From Chiloscyllium plagiosum (Eukaryota): 64,000 nt of DNA. Positions 13,201 through 28,200 of this stretch are shown piece by piece. Where the stretch lies: the NCBI RefSeq assembly GCF_004010195.1, contig NC_057719.1, positions 34,845,537 to 34,909,536 of the forward strand. Direction: 5' to 3'. A program made the position numbers and the translations under genes. The first letter of the stretch is position 1. Each line of letters begins with the position of its first letter. The notes under the pieces are model-generated. The model was not told where the DNA came from, made no database searches, and was given only the letters and a program-made list of their open reading frames with translations.

Positions 13201-16200
13201 AACTACAATCATGTTTCACAGGTTGGCGCAACATCGAGGGCTGAACAACCTGTACTGCGCTGTAATGTTCCATGTTCTGTGTGATTAAATGAATGCAGTA
13301 AATATATTACCTGAAAACATCATATGAAGTTTTTCAAGTACTTCCACCTGGTCCAACCATAAATCAGAGACAAAAACAAACATGGCATCTTCATTTTCTT
13401 CCTCCAATTGCTTTAATTTTGTTGAAGATTTCACTGACGTAGCAGAGGGACCGCCAAAAAAGTTAATGTTGCCATAATAAGATCTAGGAGACAAAGCATG
13501 AAAAGTTTCAAGGTCCTTAAGTGTAAGCAATTGAGTAACCATGAATACCAAGGATCATAATCCTACGTCAGCAATTTGAACTTCCAATTAACATAAGATT
13601 TCTTCTAAACTGTCAAATGCCAATTTATGAACAGGAAGAATGCTAGAGTTTATTTTCACTATTTATAAATTTAGTTAATAGATTTAAAACAATTCACACA
13701 AAGCAGTTTAGTAAATTAGAGTCACAGAGATGTATAGCATGGAAACAGACCCTTCGGTCCAACCCTCCCTGCTGACCAGATATCCCAACCCAATCTAGCC
13801 CCACCTGCCAGCACCCGGCCCATATCCCTCCAAACCGTTCCTATTCATATACCCATTCAGATGCCTTTTAAATGTTGCAATTGTACTAGCCTCCACCGCT
13901 TCCTCTGGCAGCTCATTCCATACACATACCACCCTCTGCGTGAAAATGTTGCCCCTTAGGTCTCTTTTATATCTTTCTCCTCTCACCCTAAACCTATGCC
14001 CTCCACTGCTGGACTACCCCACCCCAGGGAAAAGACTTTGTCTATTTATTCTATCCATGCCCCTCATTTTAGATTACATTACAGTGTGGAAACAGGCCCT
14101 TCGGCCCAACAAGACCACACCGACCCGCTGAAACGCAACCTACCCATACCCCTACATTTACCCCTTACCTAACACTACGGGCAATTTAGCATGGCCAATT
14201 CACCTGACCTGCACATCTTTGGACTGTGGGAGGAAACCGGAGCACCCGGAGGAAACCCACGCAGACACGGGGAGAACGTGCAAACTCCACACAGTCAGTC
14301 GCCTGAGGCAGGAACTGAACCCGGGTCTCAGGCGCTGTGAGGCAGCAGTGCTAACCACTGTGCCACCGTGCCGCCCTCTTAAATTTTATGAACCTCTATA
14401 AGCACACTCTTCAGCCTCTAACGTTCCAGGGAAAAAAGCCCCAGCCTATTCAACCTGTCCCTATAACTCAAATCCTCCAACCCTGGCAACATCCTTGTTA
14501 AATTTTTCTGAACACTTTCAAGCTTTAAAATATCCTTCCAATAGAAAAGAGACCAAAATTGCATGCAATATTCCAGAAGAAGATATAGACTGTAGGGAAA
14601 TAGATGGTGACAACTTGCAAAATGTCCATATTACAGAGGAGGAAGTGCTGGATGTCTTGAAATGGGTAAAGGTGGATAAATCCCCAGGATCTGATCAGAT
14701 GTATCCGAGAACTCTGTGGGAAGCCAGAGAACTGATTGCTGGGCCTCTTGTTGAGATATTTGTATCGTCGATAGTCTCATGTGAGGTGCCATTGTTTAAG
14801 AGTGGTAAGGACAAGCCAGGGAACTATAGACCAGTGAGCCTGACCTCGGTGGTGGGCAAGTTGTTGGAGGGAATCCTGAGGAACAGGATGTACATGTATT
14901 TGGAAAGGCAAGGACTGATTAGGGATAGTCAACATGACTTTGTGCATGGAAAATCATGTCTCACAAACTTGATTGAGTTTTCTGAAGAAGTAACAAAGAG
15001 GATTGATGAGGACAGAGCAGTAGATGTGATCTATATGGACTTTAGCAAGGCGTTCGACAAGGTTCCCCATGGGAGACTTATTAACAAGGTTAGATCTCAT
15101 GGAATACAGGGAGAACTAGCCATTTGGATACAGAACTGGCTCAAAGGTAGAAGACAGCGGGTGGTGGTGGTGGTGGAGGGTTGTTTTTCACACTGGAGGC
15201 CTGTGACCAGTGGTGTGTCACAAGGATCGATGCTGGGTCCTCTACTTTTTGTCATCTACATAAATGATTTGGATGCGAGCATAAGAGGTACAGTTAGTAA
15301 GTTTGCAGATGACACCAAAATTGGAGGTGTAGTGGACAGCAAAGAGGGTTACCTCAGATTACAACAGGATCTTGACCATATGGGCCAGTGGGCTGAGAAG
15401 TGGCAGATAGATTTTAATACAGATAAATGAGAGGTGCTGCATTTTGGGAAAGCAAATATCTTAGCAGGACTTATACACTTAATGGTAAGGTCCTAGGGAG
15501 TTTTGCTGAACAAAGAGACCTTGGAGTGCAGGTTCATAGCTCCTTGAAAGTGGAGTCGCAGGTAGATAGGATAGTGAAGAAGGCGTTTGGTATGTTTTCT
15601 TTTATTGGTCAGAATATTGAGTACAGGAGTTGGGAGGTCATGTTGCAGCTGTACAGGACATTGGTTAGGCTTAAGATTTGCTTTCCCAAAATTCAGCACT
15701 TCGCATTTATCTATATTAAACTCCATCTGCCACTTCTCATATCAAATGCCAGCAAACTTCCTTGAAACAGATACTTATCAGAAAACAACATGGTGAAAAT
15801 TACCTTGTAATGCTGGAAGGTTCAGTGGGTGGAAAACCAAACCCATTGACATGAAAAATTCCATCTTCGTACCATCCTGGAAAAGGATTCTAATAATAAC
15901 TGCCATTTATAGAGTTTATATTGATCATAAATTTACAAAAGAAGATTTTATTAACAATACATCAAACTGAATAATCAGATTCTGTCTTGTCTGGCCAACA
16001 TTCATCCGTCAATCTAAAAAACGGATTATTTGGTCACCAGTTACTATCTGAGGAACCTTGCTGTGCACAAGTCGTCTGTCACTTTTCCACTCAACAGAGA
16101 CTACCTTTTAGAAGTACTTATTTGGTCGATGGTACTTTGGGATATTCTGAAGGTACAAAATATACCATATAAGTGCAAGTTTTTGCTTTATTGCAATAGC

Positions 16201-19200
16201 TTTCTGATAAATAGTCATGATTGGGGTTCAGGCTGTGGTACTGCAATGACAGCAAAGTTCAAAATTACCTCTTTAAAAGCAATTAAATTGACCATCACTT
16301 GAGCAGAACTATTAAAATTCAAGAACAAAGGTGATTTATGATGCACATCTAAAAGCGCATCACACCATAGTTATTAATAATTTAATAACCTATTATTATG
16401 GATGGAAAAACAGAGAAGGCTCATAAAGCAATGACCTTTGATGACAGAAACACATGAAAGTTGCTGCAAGCACTGTGGAGATAAAACAAATTCTTCATTA
16501 CCTTCCGCAAGAACGAAGCAAGATTCTGTATATAAGCCACTATGAAACTGGTGCTTTCTGGTTAAAGAAATTCAGGATAAATTACAGAAATGCCCTTTAA
16601 TATATAACATTAATGGAAAGCTCCGGTGGAAAATGACTTTTTAAACACAAAGCTTTGATCATCTGAAAGAGAAACTGAATTTATTTCTTTTAAAATAGGG
16701 AATATGTAATTAAAAAGCAAGTTCCTTCAGATCTCCATTGGTTCTGGGGCCAAACATTTTATGCAGTTGATCTGAAAAATGGAGCAGTACAAAAATGGAG
16801 CTTTTCATGTCTTTTACATATATTTTCTTTCTTTTCATACTCGTTAAAATTTGTAATACCATTCTAAGAGTACTAACCCTCCAGGTTCACACCATTTAAT
16901 GTTTCCTCTTAGTTCCTTCAAGTTGTGTCTCACAGAATTGTCACAATGCAGAAGCAAAACATTTGGCCCAATTTATCTGCACTCAATCTTCAAGTGAGCA
17001 TCATCATTTTGTATCATCCTCCCTCTCTTCGCCCATAAATCACTTCAATTCATCCTCAGTTGGTGCCATTTAGTCTTACTGCACAAACTACTACTCCAAC
17101 GTTTAATAAAAATCTTATGAAAGATGTTATAAAAATAGAATTCCTTCACTCGTTTGTTTTTCATTCTCTCTTTACATCTACTTTAAATTTATCATTTGAA
17201 TGAGATTATACTTCACTTTTCACGTGAATGAGATTTAAACTGAATTGGAGATGCCGGTGTTGGACTGGGGTGTACAAAGTTAAAAATCACACAACACCAG
17301 GTTAGAGTCCAACAGGTTTAATTGGAAGCACACTAGCTTTCGGAGCGATGCTCCTTCATTGTGCAGGGCTCGATCGTAACACAGAATTTATAGCAAAACT
17401 CTGCAGTGTGATGTAACTGAAATTATACATTGAAAAATTAATGTTAAGCCTTTCATCTGTTAGAATACAGTGATAGTTTCACTTCTTTCATGTGTAAATC
17501 ACAAAACCATTTTTTTAAAAGTTGCATTCTCAGGTTAGCTGTCAACAATGATGATAGCTAGACAATATGTTGAAGTTGAAGATTTAAACTGCATAGGTGA
17601 AACACAAAAGGATATTGCTTTACTAAGATTGAGTTGAACAGTTCCAGTTGGATCTTCAAGAAAGAATTTTCCCTGAAACGGTAAATATAATTAAGTGATC
17701 ATTCAGCATTATCAACATTGAAAAAAAGCTACATTTCAGATTTTGGTTGCATTGGACTCCTTTACAGAGTCATGGAGTCCAACCAGTCCACACTGACCAT
17801 GTTGCCAGGCTAAACTAGTCCCATCTGCCTGTGCAACCTCCATATCCCTCCAAACCGTTCCTATTCATGAACTTATCCAAGTAACATTTAAACCTTCTTC
17901 CACCATTTTCTCACAGTTTATTCCTAAACAAACCACTCTGTGTTAAAATGTTACCTCTCGTGGCCTTTTTAAATCTTTCTCTTCTCATCTTAAAATATTT
18001 CCCTCTAATAAATTTTGCTTTGCAAAGGGTTCAGTGGAGATTTACTAGAATATTGTCTGGTTAGGATGAGGGTCTTTTGAGAAAAGGTTGAAAGACTTGA
18101 GGCTGTTTATGTCAGAGAGAAGAAGGTTGAGCGATGACTTAATGGAGACATAAGATAATCAGAGGGTTAGATAGGGTGGACAGTGAGAGCCTTTTTCCTC
18201 GGATGGTGATGGCTAGCATGAGGGGACATAGCTTTAAATTGAGGGGTGATGAACATAGGAGAAATGTCAGAGGTAGTTTCTTTACTCAAGAGTAGTAGGG
18301 GCGTGGAACACACTGTCTGCAACAGTGGTGGGCTTACCAACTTTAAGGGCATTTAAATGGTCATTGGATAAACATATGGATGAAAATGGAATAGTGTAGG
18401 ATAGATGGACTTCAGATTAGTTCCACAGGTCAGTGTAACTTTGAGGGCTAAAGAACCTGTACTGTACTATAATGATTTATGTTCTAATTTTGAACTCCCT
18501 CAACCTAGGGAAAAGACCCTTGTCATTCACCTTATTTTGATTCTGATAATTTTAAAACATTGACAAAAGGTGGCAAGCAACAGTGATAAATATTAGAATT
18601 TTCTCTTAAATCTGTTATGGACTAGGCCAGACCCCTCAAAACACTTTTAAGAAGGTAGCCCATTCCCTTACTTATTCCTTTTAGGCAGATGTAAAGTGGA
18701 TATTCCCAGGAGTGATGCAGTCTGTCAAACCATTCAGTTTTAAACAAAACAGAATTTTAACACTACGGATGAAACACAAATAAAAGAAAACTGGATTTAA
18801 AATAACTTATTTGAAAACCCAACCGGCTCTATCGCAACTTAACAAAGCTGTTCCACTTCCTGCAACATCCCATAAACACTCCTCTTGGCACAAGGTACAT
18901 TCCAACACAGGTTCTTAAAGGCAGGAGAGATGTCAGAGAAAAAGTTCAGACAAGACCTCTATTGAAGCATGGAACCTCTTTTCACTGTAGCTGCTTCTCT
19001 AGGTCTCCACCAGTCATTTTTCACAGCTTGCTAAAACAAAAACTAGAAAAAAAACTCAATTGGGAGAACTGGCCACTCCGCTGTCATTGTCCAAAGCAAC
19101 CATTTCCAGACAAATATCAGCACCTCTGCCTTTATGATGCCTCTTGAAAAAAAAACAAGGACAACATAACCTTGTTAAAGGGGCAACAGCATCACAAATC

Positions 19201-22200
19201 CTCCTTTCCCACCCCATGGTGGGGATACAATATTAGAAGGTATCAATCCCACCACTAATGCATCACACCTTTTGTATCCATGAAGTGAATGTTTACCTGA
19301 GAATCACAAGTGTGAACGTAAACCACTTCTCACATATAATGCACAATTCCAGCAGATGTGATTTGGAGACACCGGTGTTGGACTGGGGTGTACAAAGTTA
19401 AAAATCACACAATACCAGGTTATAGTTCAACAAGTTTAATTGGAAGCATTAGCTTTCGGAGATTGCTCCTTCATTGGGTGATTGTGACAACGACAATCAC
19501 CTAATGAAGGAGCAGCGTTCTGAAAGCTAGTGCTTCCAAATAAACCTGTTGGGCTATAACCTGGTGTTGTGTGATATTTAATTAAATTCCAGCAGAGGTT
19601 AATTAATTAATTTATTTATTAATCTACAGGAACCCCACTCAACTTGAGATGCTGAAGAAAACAGCATGGTTTCCACCAGCAAAGTTTGAAAGTTAACTTA
19701 ATACATGCCAAATACCTGGGAGCCCATTACCTTGTACAGTTCGATCTCACATTATTTACTAAGTATTTTAAGCAACTTCATTGCTATTTCATATAAAATA
19801 TCCAAGTTCCACTGCATCAATTCAAAATTGAAAATGTGGGTAAAATTCAGAAACATCCATACCAGATTTCACTATACAAGCAATGCAATGGTCAGTTTTT
19901 CAAGTGCACAATTAATTTACCACTCATACCTACCCTATCCTTGTTCATTTTCTGACTCTCAGAATACTGGCAGAGAAAAACTGCTGTATTTCAGTGTAAC
20001 CTGGAGCCATAGTTGAGGTAACAAACTCTTGATTACTAAGCTTACCTCTTTAAGTTGTGTTATCATCCCCAGAACAATGACTTCTCCAACCTTTGATGTG
20101 CTGCCAAGGAGCATTTCTATAGTTTTTAGCTAAAACAATAAAGAAAGTATGAAAACTCAACAATACAGATATAATACATCTTCTTCCTTACTCTGTATTG
20201 TGGAATTACTTGAAGGCCATTTCTCCTAGTAGTTTAAACTTGTTTTACATTAATTGAATTTGATTTACTGCAAAATGGCACCTCAGTGGGCAGCACTGCT
20301 GCCTCGCAGCGCCAGAGACCCGGGTTCAATTCCCGCCTCAGGCGACTGACTGTGTGCAGTTTGCACATTCTCCCCGTGTCTGCGTGGGTTTCCTCTGGGT
20401 GCTCCAGTTTCCTCCCACAGTCCAAAGATGTGCAGGTCAGGTGAATTGGCCATGTTAAATTGTCCGTAGTGTTAGATAAGGGGTAAATGTAGGGGTATGG
20501 GTGGTTTGCGCTTCGGCGGGTCGGTGTGGACTTGTTGGGCCGAAGGGCCTGTTTCCACACTGTAAATTAATCTAAATCAATATTGCCTTGCCCAAATTTA
20601 TCAATTGAGGAAGCAGAAATTGCAGAATAATGTCATCTTTTTCAAATTACTATATCTGTTTTCTTCATAAATGCTGGAAAGGATCAATATGAAAATACTT
20701 GTTTTGTCAGTCCACCTAATGCCTCATTGGTTCGTGGTAATCATGTGAAAGTAAACACGTTTTAAAAATTAGCAGCATTCTTTGTTAAGTGAATTCTTTA
20801 TGGCATACAATCCTAAACTGAATATTGTTATATATGGCCTCCCACCTGAAAAAGGTAAGCTCCCTGGTTCCCATCTCAGGATCCTACCCAAGATGGTGGT
20901 TAACTGAAGATGGGGTATTAAATGTTCCAATGCCATTTTCATGTTGCTCCCACCCTGTTTATGCCAGAAATGTGCAAAAAAATGGCAAAATAGATTGAGA
21001 AAAATTATAGAGACAGACAAACAGAAACATTTTTAAGAAACTTAAAATTTGTTTGCCTTTAGCCCATGGAAGGTAACATAGTCCAACTGACAAAGACAAT
21101 TGTATTTGAAAGACAATTGTTGACAAACATTTGGCACCTTACTTGAAATTTATTTCGGTTCTCATCAGGATGTGATCCTGTCACAGGAGGTGTAAATAAT
21201 TCATGTCTATGAGTTCGCTGTAAAATAAAGTATTAATATATGAGACAATTCATTTATCAATTCTGCAGATACCCAAAAATTGAAAAAAGTTCTGAATTTG
21301 GATACCACCTCCATAAATATAACTTATGTTAAATGGAAATCGGTAACTCTTCCCAATTCTCTCCCCAAGAATTAGTATAGGCAAAATAAGCCACTTTGGT
21401 TTCTCTGGGTTATATGATTCTACATAGTGAATCTAACCATTCCTTTGAGATATCAAAGTTATTAAATGATGCTGGTATTGTATAGCTATTCAGAATTTGT
21501 ATTAAAATGCTAAAATATCTACAACTTGCTTTGTCAAAGTAACTTTGTTTATATATGCACAAAACAGATTTAAAACAAATACCCTTAAGGCCAAAATATG
21601 TTGCTACAATGAATAGCGTCATTCTGTAAAACGTGGCTCCCACAATAATAAGTCACATTTTATCCTGTTATCAATAATCAATAAAGTCTTTATAAAACTG
21701 AAGAAAGTTGAATCCACTCTGCAATTATGATTTTACATTTAACTGAAATATATTCTATGGTCAAATGTTTCCCATAAATTTTCAAAGTGTGGGGCCAAGC
21801 AAGTCAGATGGCAACCAACACATCATTCACATGGGTGAGATAACTCAACTGATTGGTTCCTTAGTTAATTTTTGGCAATCAAGACCTCAGCACTGATTAC
21901 CTGAATCATCAGTTGCCAATTCTGGATTCTAAAGTCTGGTAATCAAGGCCAGTCCTTAGGAGATCCAGCAACCAGAAGGCAAGATAGATTTTTACTCTTT
22001 TCATGGAGTGGGGTTTTACAGGCCACTCACTGATACCATCTCTACCTCCAACTGCCACCAGACTGAGGCAATTGGAGATAATCAATCACTTAACTTGGCA
22101 ATCAGAATGCCATGGCTTCCCAAACAGGAAACAAGCCACCTTTCTCACTTGTAAAGGTGGCAGGTGATTGGGGAGGTGGCTTGTTGTGATCCTTAAGTGG

Positions 22201-25200
22201 CTATTAATTGACCACTTAAGGGCCTTAATTGCCGGTGCATTGAGAAAATCGCCAATGGACCTTATTGCCCAGCACCTAACTACAGAAGTAGCAAGAAAGG
22301 GTTGAATTTCTGTCCATGCCACATGCCCAATTATATCTCCTTCTCGCCAATTCCAGATTGACAAGTCAGGCCCTATTTTTTTTTAAGTGAGATAAAGAAT
22401 AATTTGCCATACTGAACCTGGAACTTACATAAAGATTATTTGTAGTTCTCTATCCTTTTTTGCACATGCATAAACTTCCAAAAAGTACTAGGACCGTACA
22501 CATTGAAATTATTTGTTTTCAAATTATGTTCAACCCAAAATTACAAAAAAAAGGCAAGTAATGAAATAAAAGATTTCCACTTGAAACATGGTCAAGATTT
22601 ATTTTTGTCTTTCCTTTACCTGTTGCATAATAGTGTAGCGTTCACAAAATAGTTCAGCTTTGTTTCGCGATGTTCCAAACAGACAAGGTGCACTGCGATC
22701 TGTCATTGCAAGACTACGGTACACAAACAAGGTTTTACTTAAACTGCATTTCATTAAATAAACCCATTTATTTTGCATATGATTTTCCAAACTCACAAGG
22801 AAAATAAAAATCTGGTGCACAGGAACACCTGGTGATAAATGAACCAAATTAGCATGTCAATACTTTACATTCCATTCTTATCCACCAGTTTGCTTTATTT
22901 ATTGCTTTTGAAAACACTTCTGTGATTACATAAGAGTTGGATTCAACCAGTAAAACTACCCATACAAGTTTTCATCTTATATGAATGTTTAATATCTTTC
23001 CTTATGGTATCAGGTTGTATTAGCTATTACAATATTCTTATCTTCCTATGCTGGTGTAAGACATCAGAACCTACACTGGGAGATATGCAACAAAGAGAAA
23101 ACATCACAGTTTATTAGTTGAGTTAGTTCATTGCATTTGAAATTAAGGAGGCTGAATCTAGACTTTGTGACAGTGATGAGTTAAAATACAAAGTTCCAAG
23201 AGCAATTGAGATGCTTAATTTTCACAGTGAATGAAAGATCAAATTTATTCCTTTTAAAAATACAAAACTATGCCACTATGATATTGTATCTCAGGAACGA
23301 TCAACACCTTTGTATCCTATGTAACCTGAAAGAGACCAGCTGGAGGTGAACAGGATACGTAGAATCATACAATCCCTACAGTGTGGAAGCCTTTCGGCCC
23401 ATCGAGATAACACCAACCTTCCGAAGAACTTCACACCAAGACCCCCTACCTGTCGCCCTGCATTTCCCATGACTAATCCACCTAGCCTGTCCATTCCTGA
23501 CACTATGGGCAATTTAGCATAGCCAATCCACCTACACTAAGAATCTTTGACAAACAAAGGCAGCAAAGGACATTTTCAAGAAATAATGGCTGAACATGTG
23601 AAAGAAAAATGTAAGTTATGATAAGTTATCTACAGACAAATATTCCAGTGGTTTATCAAATGTAGTAGTTCCACTACAAAGCTCATAAAAATTATAATAA
23701 ATCTGAACCTTAAAAGTACAATATTTCCAACATACGTCACATAAATACAAAATCATGAACTGTTCGATTGTCCAAATAAACTCACGGTAAAAATTTCTTC
23801 CTTTCTGAATTGTAGATATAACGAGGAACATCAAATGCACCAATTATGTTGAAGACGTGTTCTCTATCAATATAAATGAACAATTATCAATACTAAATTA
23901 GTGAAAGATACACCTCCGCATTTTGCCATTATAATTGATCAAACAGATGAAAGCAACATAAATCTTCAGTAATGACTAGCTGTGGCCTTGCAAAAAAAAT
24001 AGGTAGTACTCTGTTCCTCTTCTATTCATTTATAATTTACTTAATCTGTGATATTTAATTTTATATCCTTCATGCAACAGTTCGTTGTATTTTTGTTTTT
24101 CACTGAAACGTTTTTCCTCTTACACTGGCATGAATGCCAGAAGTTAATGCTGGGACAAAAAGTATCGCAATTTCCCCCATTCATTAGCTAGGCATCTGAT
24201 GTGCATGGAAAATCTCACCACATTTTAAGATACTATGTCAACCATTTGATTGAGATATTCATACAGTTTGTCTTTATTGACAAGGTGTTGACAGGGTATC
24301 TTCATTGTGCATGAGATGCATTTATATTGTTGACCTCGCACCAATCTTCACTTAGAATGTGTACTGGAGGCACACTTTAGTGAAAACAGAGATTGGGAAT
24401 GAAAGGCTGGGTCAAGAGGTGAATTTAGGGAAAGATTGAGGATGAGAAGCAAGATCAAAGAACTCTGGAGTCATGATAAAAGAAACAAATTTTACATGTG
24501 TGCACTGGGTTATTATAGCCCCAATTAACATGTAACTAAATTTGAGGATAATGGAAATCTTAAAATATTAGTGAATGGATATTCCCCACATTAAAAATAT
24601 TGGACTTTTGTTTAATAGGAGCAGAAATGTGCCATTTCCAAGGTTTTTATCAGCATACATAAAAGCTGAAAACTTAGTGAGATCGCCATCCACAATATCT
24701 GGTCAATCTAACACATAAATCTTTAATTTGACCTACATAGTTTCATCACAAGTCTGACTGCACTCCTGGACTGCTGCCTCCACCATTGATTGCTCTATCA
24801 TGTTGCAGTTCACTGAAAAGTAAAAACACACAAATCAAACAGTTCTCTTTGTGTTAAATTGTTTCTACTTTTAACAACTAACTCTGGATTTTAAACAGGT
24901 ATTGAACACATGAATCCCTATCATCTGGGTAAAGAACTCCAATGTAAACTATTGCAAAATCTACAACTTCAAAATGCTGATGACCACAACTTAAGCTCAC
25001 AACAAGTTATTTACCTGTCACTCCTGAAATTACTGACCTACACTGACTCCTGATCCAGAAATGCTTGTTTTGAAATTCCTATCTGATTCTGTAAATCCCT
25101 CCATTGCTGCATTACTTCTGAGCTCTATAATCTTCTTTGAGATCTCTGCACCCCTCCAATTCTGGCTTAATGTGCATTTCTGATTTTAATTACCCATCAT

Positions 25201-28200
25201 GGTGACTGTGCCTTCAGCTGCCTGGGCCAAAACTCTGAGGCTCCCCCCTTAACGCTAATCTCCTTACTCTCCTCTTTCAAGATGCTTGTTAAAATGTGCC
25301 TCATTGACAACTATTTACTTATCTATCCTAATATTTCATATATGGCCTGGTATCAAATTTAGTTTGATAAAATTCCTACAAAGTATGTCATAACATTAAA
25401 AATGCCATTCAGCCCTCAAGCCTGCTCTTCCATTCAATATGATCATAAACGATCTGAATTCCTCAAATCTACTTTCCTGCCATTTTCCTGTAACCCATGA
25501 TTCCCCAAGTGATTTATTTCAGCCTTAAATATACACAAGGACTCTACCCCCACAGATTTCTGTGGCAAGGAGTTCCAAAGACTCTCAACCTTCTAAGAGA
25601 AGAAATTCCTTCCATCTCAGTCTTAAATTGACACCCCTTTGTTCTGAGACCTATGCTTTCTGATTGTACACTCTCCCACAAGGGGAAATTTCCTCTCAGC
25701 ATTTATCCTGTCAAGCTCCAAGATCATTTATACACTTAATGATCACCTCTCATTCTTCTAATTTCCAGTGAGTACAATCCCAACCTGTTTAGCCTTTGCT
25801 CATAAGACAATCCAATCATTTCGAGGATCATCCAAGTGAACCTTCTCTGAACTGCATCTAATGAAATGTTCTTTCCTTAAATGAGGAGACCAAAACCGAT
25901 CACAGTTCTCCAGATGTAGTCTCATCAGCACAGTTGACATTCTCATCCTTATACTCCAACCCCCTAGAAATAAGAGCCAACATTCCATTACAGGCACACA
26001 TTACTTCCCAGTTAGTACTTAACCAACTTAGCAGGTCTGGCTTAGGGCAGGTTATTAGAGCCTCAACACTGGATTTCCCAAGTGGGTGCAGGGAAACTAT
26101 TAAAATCCAACCATTTGCCTACCCTGTTTTCACAAGTAAAATCCCAGTACAGGTGCATGGAATCCAAAAACAACTCTGGGCCAAAGGCACAGATATCCCT
26201 CCTAACAATGCCACAGAAATCTACCACAGTTTTTGCATGTAGCAGAATATTCTTCCCTTCACAAAGTTGATGCTGAAGATTGAACACTGTACTACACACA
26301 ACTTGAAGCTGATTAACAATAGATTTCTGGGCCGTAATTGCTCCAATTTTAACTAATTACTTACATGGCTGTTTTTCAACTGCATCAATGATACGTTCAA
26401 TTGCATCTTCAAGGTTCAACTCATCGACAGTCTCAAGAACATCCACGAGAAATTTTGCAGCATTACTGGTCAGAGAGAAATAAAACAGATGGCTTTGAAT
26501 TTCTTGTCAAGTATTATATAATGCCATGGTTTGTTGTAGTAAGAAACATTTGTTTAGAAAACAAAAATGAGGAATTTATCCATGACATATGCCACTAATT
26601 TAAAGGTTAATGTAAGTCAACAAACCTTCAAAACAAAAAAGGCATAAGTGAGGGTAGTGTGGTAGATGTGATCTACATGAACTTCAGTAAGGCATTCGAC
26701 AAGGTTCCTTATGGTAGACTGCAAGTTTAGATCACACGGAATATAGGGAATATTGGATATAAACCGGCTCAAAGATGGAAGACAGAGGGCGATTTTGGAT
26801 AGTTGCTTTTCAGACTGCAGGCCTGTGACCAGTGGTGTGCGATTAGGACCGGTGCTGGATCCACTGCTTTTCGTCATTTATAAAAACGATTTGGACATGA
26901 ACATAGTAGGTATGGTTAGTGAGTTTGCACATGACACCAAAATTGGAGGTGTAGTGGAAAATGATGAAGGTTACCTCAGAGTACAATAGCATCTTGATCA
27001 GATGGGCCAATGGGCCAAGGCAGAGAGAATTTAAATTAGATAAATGTTAGGTGCTGCATTTTGAAAAGGCAAATCAGATCGGGATTTATACACTTAATCA
27101 TAAGGTCCTGGGGAGTGTCACTGAACAAAGAGACCTTGGAGTGCAGGTTCATAGTTCTTTGAAAAAGTGAAGTTGCAGATTGATAGGACAGTTTGGTACG
27201 TTTGCCTTTATTGGTAAGTGCACTGAGCATAGGAATTGGGAAGTCATGTTGCAGCTGTACAAGACATTGGTTATGCCACAATTGGAATCCTGCATGCAAT
27301 TCTGGTCTCCCTGCTATAGGAAGGATATTGCAAAACTTGGAAGTGTTTAGAAAAGATTTACAAGGATGCTATCAGGGTTAGAGGATTTGAGCTATGGGAG
27401 AGGTTGAGTGGACTTGGTCTATTTTCCCTGGAGCATTGAAGGCTGAAGCGTAACCTACTAGAAGTTTAAAAAATCATGAGGGGCACGGAATAGGGTAAAT
27501 AGACAAGGTCTTTTCCCCAGGGAAGGGGGAGTCCAAAACTAGAGGCCATAGATTTAAGGTGAGAGGGGAAAGAATTAAAATGGATCTAAGGAGCAGCTTT
27601 CTCACACAAAGGGTTGTGCATGTATGGAATGAGCTGCCAGAGGAAGTGGTGGGGGCTGGTACAATTACAACGTTTAAAAGGTATCTGGATGGGTATATTA
27701 ATCGGAAGGCTTTAAAAGGGATATGGGTGAAGTGCTGGCAAATGGGACTAGATTAATTTAGGATATCTGGTTGGCAGGGACAAGTTGGACCAAATGGTCT
27801 GTTTAAGTGGCCTCCGAGCTCTCAAGAAAAGTAGTCTTCAGACATACATTGGGCATGCACAATTGTGGTTCCTAACAAGAATTCTCCCTCAAACGTCAGA
27901 ACCCAAAAAACTCCCCAACTCTCAAGGTGCAGCAAATGGCATTCACCAGGTAATTTTACCCTAACACTTATGATGGAGATCAGAAGCTAAGCAAAATGGA
28001 AAATCATCCTGTTGCTTCCCATTTTGCATCACTTTGGTACCTCCAGAGTACGTTTCAATTTCCTGAAACACAAGGTTATGATCTTGGTAGAGATCAGGAA
28101 CTATTAAAAATAAATGCACATTGATTCTTTTCATTGTCATTGCAGAGGACAGGAAAAGAAATTCCAAATAAAAGTAAATTCTCTGCTATATATTTTTCTT

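Noticed and set aside
14495..15430. 311-aa RT ORF as a functional or domesticated gene
   Set aside because: Part of a truncated, inverted CR1; lacks the endonuclease, N-terminus is junction-derived, and it frameshifts at the C-terminus
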